12,973 nucleotides of DNA from Kofleriaceae bacterium (GTDB taxonomy: Bacteria; Myxococcota_A; Polyangia; Haliangiales; Haliangiaceae): the NCBI GenBank assembly GCA_046597055.1, contig JBKJLC010000289.1, positions 1-12,973 on the forward strand. Direction: 5' to 3'. This document shows, one piece after another, positions 6,956 to 12,973 of this stretch. Both the position numbers and the translations under genes were made by a program. The notes below the pieces were generated by a model. That model was not told where the DNA came from. It did not search any database and saw only the letters and a program-made list of their open reading frames with translations. Numbering within the stretch: the first letter of the stretch is position 1; each line of letters starts with the position of its first letter.

Positions 6956-8070
6956 TGGCGGCGAGCACGTATGCCGGGCAGGGCGGCCCGATCGACGCGC
7001 TGTTTGACCTGCTGCTCGCCCGCGGCGGCAGCGATCTCCACCTGTCGCCGGGCTATCCGCCGATGCTGCGGATCAAGGGCGAGCTGGTCGCCGGCGCCAC
7101 CCAGCCGCTCGACCACGACCAGATCGCCGCGATGATCGATCGGATCCTGACCCCGGCCCAGCGTGCGCACTTCGCCGCCGAGCAGGATCTCGACTTCGCG
7201 TACGCGTTCGGCGACCGGGCCCGCTTCCGCGGCAACTGCCTGGTCAAGACCACCGGCACCGGCGCGGTTTTTCGCACGATCCCGACCAAGATCCTGACCC
7301 TCGAGCAGCTCGGCGTGCCCGCCGGCGTGCGCCGCCTGGCCGAGTTCACCACCGGCCTGGTGCTGGTGAGTGGCCCCACCGGCAGCGGCAAGTCGACGAC
7401 GCTCGCCGCGATCATCGATCACATCAACCGCACCCGGCGCGGCCACATCCTCACGATCGAAGATCCGGTCGAGTTCGTCCACACGCCACACCAGTGTCTG
7501 ATCAGCCACAAGGAGGTCGGGGTCCAGGTCCCGTCCTTCCTCGAGGCGATCCGCTCGGCCGGTCGCGAGAACGCCGACGTCATCCTGGTCGGCGAGCTGC
7601 GCGGCGCCGAGACGATGAAGCTCGCGATCCAGCTCGCCAGCTTCGGCATCCTCATCCTCGCGACCGTGCACACCAACTCGGCGGCGGCGACCATCGACCG
7701 CCTGGTCAACGCGTTTCCGGCCGACCAGCAGCCGCAGATCCGGGGCCTGCTCGCCGACTCGCTGGCCGGCATCGTCGCGCAGCAGCTGCTGCCGACCGCC
7801 GACGGCAAGGGCCGGGTCGCGGCCCACGAGATCCTGATCGGCAACATGGCGCTGACCTCGCTCATCCGCGAGGGCAAGACCGCACAGATCACGGGCTTCA
7901 TCCAGCAGGGCCAGACCGAGGGCATGCAGACGATGGACGGCGTGCTGTCGCGCCTGGTGCGCGAGGGCGTGGTGACCGCGGCCGACGCGCTCGAGAAGGC
8001 GATCGAGAAGGACGCGTTCGCCAAGCAGCCGCACGTGGCCGCCGCGCTCGAGGCCGGCGAGCCGGCGTGA
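6955..8070 (+). CDS. pilT: Type IV pilus retraction-family ATPase, PilT-like (371 aa)
   Basis: ATG 6955 overlaps the upstream TGA (TGATG). GSDLHL, RFRGN, AVFRTIP, Walker A GPTGSGKST (7372-7398), TIEDPVE, DVILVGELR, ATVHT, LTSLIREGK, GMQTMD. Probably a paralog rather than the main pilT. Confidence 0.9.
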   Translation: MAASTYAGQGGPIDALFDLLLARGGSDLHLSPGYPPMLRIKGELVAGATQPLDHDQIAAMIDRILTPAQRAHFAAEQDLDFAYAFGDRARFRGNCLVKTTGTGAVFRTIPTKILTLEQLGVPAGVRRLAEFTTGLVLVSGPTGSGKSTTLAAIIDHINRTRRGHILTIEDPVEFVHTPHQCLISHKEVGVQVPSFLEAIRSAGRENADVILVGELRGAETMKLAIQLASFGILILATVHTNSAAATIDRLVNAFPADQQPQIRGLLADSLAGIVAQQLLPTADGKGRVAAHEILIGNMALTSLIREGKTAQITGFIQQGQTEGMQTMDGVLSRLVREGVVTAADALEKAIEKDAFAKQPHVAAALEAGEPA

Positions 8071-8080
8071 CGCGGGCTCG

Positions 8081-8851
8081 CTAGCCGAGCGGCCGGCCCG
8101 ACGCGCGGGCCTGATCGGCGTCGTCGAGGCGGAGCGCGGTGCGCGCCATCCGCTTCACGATGACCCACGACAGCACGATCACCGCGAGCGGCACCGCCAG
8201 CAGCGCGGCCGCGGCGTCCTCGTGGCCGGCCAGCCGCAGCGGCTCGCCCACGAACAGCGCGGCGTCGTAGCCGCCGTGCAGGAGCACCGCGAGCAGGTAG
8301 CCACCGAGGATGCCGGGGCCCTGGCGGTCGAAGCGGCGGCGCGCGGCGTAGTAGCCCATCATCGCGGTCCACAGCGCGTGACCGGGGACCGCCAGCAACG
8401 CGCGCAGGAACCAGGTCACGATCAGGCCGGTCAGCTCGGCCTGTCCCAGCAGGTACATGATGTTCTCGACCAGCGCGAAGCCGAGCCCGGCGCGCGCGGC
8501 GTAGACGATGCCGTCGATGCGCTCGTCGAACTCGGGCCGCCGCCAGACCAGCCAGTAGACGACGCCGATCTTGCACAGCTCCTCCGGCAGCGCGGCCTGC
8601 ACGAAGGCGGTCCACAGCGCGCCGGCATAGGTGCCCTCGGCTGGCGCGGCCGGCCCGACCGCGGCCTGGGTCAGCAGCACGAGCGCGATGACCGGGATCA
8701 CAGAGAGGCCACCGAAGATCGCGACCTTGCGTCTCAGGCCGCGCGGCTCGGGCCGGGCCGCGTCGAGTCGGTCGAAGTACCACATCGCCACCAGCGCGGG
8801 CACCGCGCCCGCGGCGGCGACGTAGTAAGACGGCAACACGGCCGCGAGCAT
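8081..8851 (-). CDS. prsW: PrsW family glutamic-type intramembrane protease
   Basis: EExxK (EELCK), DGIVYA...GLGFALVEN (FxxxEN), GHALWT and HxxxD (HGGYD); multiple TM segments. Confidence 0.93.
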   Translation of the reverse strand: MLAAVLPSYYVAAAGAVPALVAMWYFDRLDAARPEPRGLRRKVAIFGGLSVIPVIALVLLTQAAVGPAAPAEGTYAGALWTAFVQAALPEELCKIGVVYWLVWRRPEFDERIDGIVYAARAGLGFALVENIMYLLGQAELTGLIVTWFLRALLAVPGHALWTAMMGYYAARRRFDRQGPGILGGYLLAVLLHGGYDAALFVGEPLRLAGHEDAAAALLAVPLAVIVLSWVIVKRMARTALRLDDADQARASGRPLG

Positions 8852-8971
8852 AACGCGGTGAATGACGGCCGGGGTCGTGCCGTCGATCTTCTCGCCGCGG
8901 GCCTTTACCCCGGCACGGGCCGTGACATGCTCACCCGACGTTTTTGCGGCGCAGAGCCGGGAGAAATTTTG

Positions 8972-9970
8972 ATGACCAAGAATCGTGTAGCCACGTTCGT
9001 GTTCGGCGCCGCGCTGTGCGCCGCTGCCGGCCCCGCGGTCGCCGGCGACGGCACCAACCTGACCAGCATGATCGCTGCGGACACGCAGATGGTCATGGTC
9101 TTCGACGTCGCCGACTCCCGCGACTCGACGCTGTTGCAGAAGGGCTACCAGAAGCTCCTGGCCACCCAGCCCGACGCCCAGAAGAAGCTGACCGAGATCG
9201 GGATCGACCCGATGAAGGACATCGACACGATCCTGTTCGCCGGCGGCGGCGTGGCCAAGATCGACGACTTCGACGATGCCAAGTCGATGGTGCTGATCAT
9301 CGAGGGCCGGCTCCCCAAGGGCAAGCTGGCGCTGATGCCCAACGCCAAGAAGGCGCTGTACCAGGGCGTCGAGATCTGGACCAAGGACGAGACCGACGCC
9401 GCGTTCGTCGGCGACCGGCTGTTCTTCAGCAAGAAGGGCAAGATGAAGGGCGCGATCGACATCGCGCTCGGCAAGGGCAAGGGCAAGGGCAACAACGTCG
9501 CGCTCGCGAAGAAGGCCGCGAAGCTGCGCGACGCCATCAAGAGCACCGACACCGCCGCCGACCTCTGGATGACCGTCCTCATCCCCGACAAGGACAAGAA
9601 GAACATGGCGAAGGACGGCGTCACCGCCGAGAGCGTCGGGGGTGGCGTCAACTTCACCGCCGACCTCGGCATGTTCCTCCGCGTGGTCTCCAACAACGAA
9701 GAGGGCGCCAAGAAGGCGGTCGGGATGATCCAGGCGCAGCTCGGCCAGCTGACCGGCGCCATGCAGCAGATGGGGCTCACCAAGGCCGCGAAGTCGCTGT
9801 CGGTGAGCCAGGACAAGGCGACGATCAAGTTCGCGCTCACGCTGACCGAGGCCGAGATCAACTCGCTGATGGCGCTCGCGGGGGTCGCCCAGGGCAGCGC
9901 GCCGACCGCGCCGCCCGCCACCCCGCCGGCCAAGGGCGGCACGCTGCAGCCCATGAAGAAGACGCCCTGA
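8972..9970 (+). CDS. Hypothetical secreted protein (332 aa), Lys/Ala-rich
   Basis: ATG 8972 with GGGAGA at 8959-8964. Sec-type signal MTKNRVATFVFGAALCAAAGPAVA; strong GC3 codon bias; Pro-rich C-terminal tail. The ORF-track extension to 8222 is antisense to prsW. Confidence 0.88.
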   Translation: MTKNRVATFVFGAALCAAAGPAVAGDGTNLTSMIAADTQMVMVFDVADSRDSTLLQKGYQKLLATQPDAQKKLTEIGIDPMKDIDTILFAGGGVAKIDDFDDAKSMVLIIEGRLPKGKLALMPNAKKALYQGVEIWTKDETDAAFVGDRLFFSKKGKMKGAIDIALGKGKGKGNNVALAKKAAKLRDAIKSTDTAADLWMTVLIPDKDKKNMAKDGVTAESVGGGVNFTADLGMFLRVVSNNEEGAKKAVGMIQAQLGQLTGAMQQMGLTKAAKSLSVSQDKATIKFALTLTEAEINSLMALAGVAQGSAPTAPPATPPAKGGTLQPMKKTP

Positions 9971-10048
9971 CCGTCACGTCCGGGAGCAGATGGGCGCCGT
10001 GACGCGGCGCGTGACAAGCCCGAGGGCGGCGGGTACCGTCGGCCCACC

Positions 10049-11605
10049 ATGGCGGTCACCACCGTTCCTCCGTCGGGCCCCACCGGGCCCATCCTGCCGG
10101 GTGCGCACGCACCCGAGACGCTGAAGAGCCACGCGCCCGCGACCGGCGAGGTCATCGGCGAGGTGCCGGTTCGCAGCGCGGCCGAGGTGACCGCGGCGGT
10201 CGCGCGGGCGCGCACCGCGGCCGTGTCGTGGGCGGCGCTGTCCTACGCCGAGCGCGAGCAGGAGCTGGTGCGCTGGCGGCGCGCGATCGCCGACGCCGCC
10301 GACGAGCTGGCCGACCTCATCCATCGCGAGAACGGCAAGCCGCGCCTCGACGCCATCGTCGAGGTGTTCATGGCGCTGTCGCACCTCGACCACGCCGCCC
10401 GCCGCGCGCCCAAGGCGCTGAAGTCCGAGAAGGTCGCGACCGGGCTGCTCGCCAACTTCCGCGCCACGGTCAGCTATCACCCGCTCGGCGTGGTCGGCGT
10501 GATCGGCCCGTGGAACTACCCGATCTTCACGCCGATGGGCTCGATCGCGTACGCGCTGGCCGCCGGCAACGCGGTCGTGTTCAAGCCGTCCGAGCTGACC
10601 TCGCTGGTCGGCGTGAAGCTGGTCGAGCTGGCCGCGCGCTCGATGTCGATCCCCGACGTCCTGCAGGTCGTGACCGGCGCCGGCCCGACCGGCGCCGCGC
10701 TGTGCAAGGCCGGCGTCGACAAGCTCGCGTTCACCGGCTCGACCGCCACCGGCAAGCGGGTGATGGCGGCTTGCGCCGAGACCCTGACCCCGGTGCTGAT
10801 GGAGCTCGGCGGCAAGGATCCGATGATCGTCGCCGCCGACGCCGACGTGGACGCGGCGGCCGAGGCCGCGGTGTTCGGGGCGCTGACCAACGCTGGCCAG
10901 GCCTGCATCTCGATCGAGCGCATCTACGTGGCCGACGTCATCTACGACCGCTTCGTGGCCAAGGTCGTCGCCGAGGTCGGCAAGATCAAGGTCGGCGGCG
11001 ACGACGGCGACGTCGGCGCGATGACCAGCTCGCAGCAGGTCGCGATCGTGCGCGACCACCTCGAGGACGCGGTCCGCCGCGGTGCCAAGGTCCTGACCGG
11101 CGGCCCCGACGCGATCGTCGGCAACTTCATCCAGCCGACCGTGCTGGTCGATGTCGATGACGACATGAAGGTGATGTCGGAGGAGACGTTCGGGCCGGTG
11201 ATCCCGATCATCAAGGTCCGCTCGATCGAGGACGCGCTGCGCCAGGCCAACGCGTCGCGGTTCGGGCTCGGCTCGGCGGTGTTCGGCAAGTCGGCGCGTG
11301 CGATCGCCGATCGCCTCAAGGCCGGCATGACCTCGGTCAACTCGGTCATGGCGTTCTCGGCCATCACCAGCCTGCCGTTCGGCGGCGTCGGTGATTCCGG
11401 GTTCGGCCGCATCCACGGCGACCAGGGCATCCGCGAGTTCGCCCGCACCAAGGCGACCGCCGAGCAGGTGATGAGCCTGCCGATGAACATGATGTCGTTC
11501 GGGCTGCCCAAGGGCACCCCGCAGCGCATCCGCGGCATGATCCGTCAGCTCTACGGCTCGGGCCCGATCGCGCGGGCCAAGGACGCCCTCGGCCGCCTGC
11601 GCTGA
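10049..11605 (+). CDS. NAD(P)-dependent aldehyde dehydrogenase (518 aa)
   Basis: GPWNYP, KPSE, FTGSTATG, ELGGKDP (catalytic Glu), NAGQACIS (catalytic Cys), EETFGP, PFGGVGDSGFGR. Confidence 0.97.
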   Translation: MAVTTVPPSGPTGPILPGAHAPETLKSHAPATGEVIGEVPVRSAAEVTAAVARARTAAVSWAALSYAEREQELVRWRRAIADAADELADLIHRENGKPRLDAIVEVFMALSHLDHAARRAPKALKSEKVATGLLANFRATVSYHPLGVVGVIGPWNYPIFTPMGSIAYALAAGNAVVFKPSELTSLVGVKLVELAARSMSIPDVLQVVTGAGPTGAALCKAGVDKLAFTGSTATGKRVMAACAETLTPVLMELGGKDPMIVAADADVDAAAEAAVFGALTNAGQACISIERIYVADVIYDRFVAKVVAEVGKIKVGGDDGDVGAMTSSQQVAIVRDHLEDAVRRGAKVLTGGPDAIVGNFIQPTVLVDVDDDMKVMSEETFGPVIPIIKVRSIEDALRQANASRFGLGSAVFGKSARAIADRLKAGMTSVNSVMAFSAITSLPFGGVGDSGFGRIHGDQGIREFARTKATAEQVMSLPMNMMSFGLPKGTPQRIRGMIRQLYGSGPIARAKDALGRLR

Positions 11606-11607
11606 TC

Positions 11608-11628
11608 GGCGCCGGTCAGCCCGGCGCC
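11608..11628. terminator. GC hairpin between convergent genes, possible termination or stability element
   Basis: GGCGCCGG-TCAGC-CCGGCGCC, an 8-bp perfect stem 2 nt after the ALDH stop. No U-tract. Confidence 0.3.
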
Positions 11629-11659
11629 AGCGCGCCCAGGGCGTGGGCCGCCGCGCCGG

Positions 11660-12373
11660 TCAGGGCGTGGGCGGCCGGGTGGGTGGCTTGCGGCCGGGGG
11701 TCTCGTCGCCCTCGGTGTGGAGCGTCCAGCCCACCGACAGGCTCACCACGTCGGCGCCGCTCTGGTGGTCGTAGCGCACCTCGAAGCCGAGCGCGTGGAG
11801 GTCGTCGAGGACCAGGCCGGCGTCGAGGCCACGGCCGTTCCAGCCGTCGCGGTCGGAGCGGTACGAGACGTGCGCGCTGCCGTGGGTGACCATCGACGGG
11901 CTCGACCAGTAGACCAGCCCGCGGACCGGGAGCGCGTGGGCGGTGTCGAAGAAGCCGTTGTAGCTCCAGCCGGCGAGCAGCCCGCCGCCGGAGCGCGCGC
12001 GGTGCAGGTACCCGGGGCCCACCTCGAGGTCGATCTCGCCGAACACCTAGTCATCGCCGAACGCGCCGCGCTGGATCCGCGAATGCACCGCCAGGCCGAG
12101 ATCGTCGGCGCTCGACACGCCGACCCCGGCGCGCTGGACCGACGCGCCGGCGCTGGCGTCGTCCTCGTCCTCGTCCTCGCCGTCGATCGTGCGGGGGCCG
12201 GCATGGACGGCGCCGCCCACCGCGAACACGGCGTCGCCGCGCTGGCGCGCCTGCACCGTACCGGTGGCGACCCCGCCGCCCAGCGCCGCGAAGTTGGCGA
12301 CGGTATTTCCCAGGCCCTTGCAGCCGGCAAGCGCCGTGCGGACCAACGGTACGACCAGCCGCATCGCCTCCAT
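11660..12373 (-). pseudogene. Putative outer-membrane beta-barrel/lipoprotein-like gene split by one in-frame TAG
   Basis: ORFs 12047..12751 and 11660..12046 share a frame and are separated only by TAG at 12049-12047 (GAFGDD*VFGEIDLEVG). Start at ATG 12373 or 12364, followed by a lipobox-like LAGC. Alternating beta-strand patterns such as LGFEVRYD and VVSLSVGWTL. Confidence 0.65.
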
Positions 12374-12380
12374 CGTAACC

Positions 12381-12664
12381 GAGCCAGCCCGGGGGCGGGC
12401 TCGGCGCGGCTCCGGCCGTTCCGGAAAGGCGCGCCCAGCGCCCCTGCCGCCCGCCTCCACGACCCGGAGGCGCGGCTTTCCAAGCGCCCTGTGGTGAGTC
12501 GCGCCACGTGTTCGCCCTCCAGTCAGCCGCACGCGACTCGGAGGGCGCGCTCTCCACAGGCGCGTCAAGTCCACAGCTCTGCCGCGGACGCCCTCTGCAC
12601 GCGGCTTGCCATGTGCAAGCACGGACACGACGCACGAGCACGAGCCGCACGAGCCACTCCACGA
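12381..12664. repeat. Cluster of hairpins and short repeats upstream of the transposase; REP-like
   Basis: Stems at 12386-12401, 12452-12472, 12513-12547 (nested in 12484-12563) and 12604-12620; five CACGA pentamers in 12626-12664. Confidence 0.5.
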
Positions 12665-12725
12665 TAGTAGATCTCGGCCAATGAAAGCTTCCTCGGGCGC
12701 CCCCGCTATGTTATCGGTAATTTCA

Positions 12726-12973
12726 ATGGCCGCGGCACGCCAGCTCGACATCGTCTACCGGACCAAGCCCGGCAAGCGCGGCGGCGCCCGCGCCGGGGCC
12801 GGTCGCAAGCCGATCCTGATGGCCTCCGGCAAGCGGCTGCACCGACGGGTCGCCCGGCGGCCGCGCGTCACCGCACGCGAGCCGGTGCACGTGGTCTTGC
12901 GAGTCACGAACGAGGTCGGGCGGCTGCGCCGCCGGCGCGCCTACCAGGCGATCCGGCGCGCGCTCCTGACGGC
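12726..12973 (+). mobile_element. 5' part of a RAYT/IS200-like Y1 HUH tyrosine transposase (runs off the window)
   Basis: Manual translation: MAAARQLDIVYRTKPGKRGGARAGAGRKPILMASGKRLHRRVARRPRVTAREPVHVVLRVTNEVGRLRRRRAYQAIRRALLT. The RGGARxGAGRK leader and PVHVxLR strand resemble N-termini I associate with this family. The HUH motif and catalytic Tyr would lie beyond the window. Confidence 0.7.

Noticed and set aside
4600..8070. 1156-aa giant PilT fusion
   Set aside because: The first ~785 codons are Arg/Pro-rich off-frame translation over the VTT and first ATPase genes; the real start is ATG 6955.
8911..8926. Sigma-54 promoter CGGCACG-N4-GTGA upstream of the secreted protein
   Set aside because: The -12 position is GA rather than GC; too weak in GC-rich DNA. 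Similar candidates at 5-18 and 4076-4091 have wrong GG-GC spacing.
516..11605. MMPL plus ALDH as a lipid or carotenoid biosynthetic cluster
   Set aside because: They are about 7 kb apart in separate transcription units, and no synthase or desaturase genes are present.
11637..11672. 12-bp direct repeat CAGGGCGTGGGC (11637-11648, 11661-11672)
   Set aside because: Real but only 24 bp apart with no element between; probably a small local duplication.
12047..12049. Genome-wide TAG reassignment or pyrrolysine
   Set aside because: TAG ends the VTT gene (5072-5074) and prsW (8083-8081) at sensible positions, and no pyl genes are in the window.

Overview
Very GC-rich bacterial DNA; the gene set suggests Myxococcota (inference only). 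Left to right: a 73-bp-period hairpin repeat that appears to cut off an Imm26-like gene; a minus-strand MMPL/RND transporter and an M23 peptidase; a divergent, tightly coupled plus-strand operon (4-TM protein with a claudin-like pattern, DedA/VTT protein, two PilT-family ATPases); a convergent PrsW protease; a secreted Lys-rich hypothetical protein; an aldehyde dehydrogenase; an amber-interrupted putative beta-barrel/lipoprotein gene; a hairpin-rich intergenic region; and the 5' end of a RAYT/IS200-like Y1 transposase missing from the ORF track. The best candidate for an undescribed system is the 4116-8070 operon. Its first ATPase has an extra PilT N-domain copy, a Ser/Thr/Pro/Arg tandem-repeat linker and a MinD-like tail, and the two ATPases have reciprocal His-box losses. 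All family calls come from reading motifs by eye, not from database searches.
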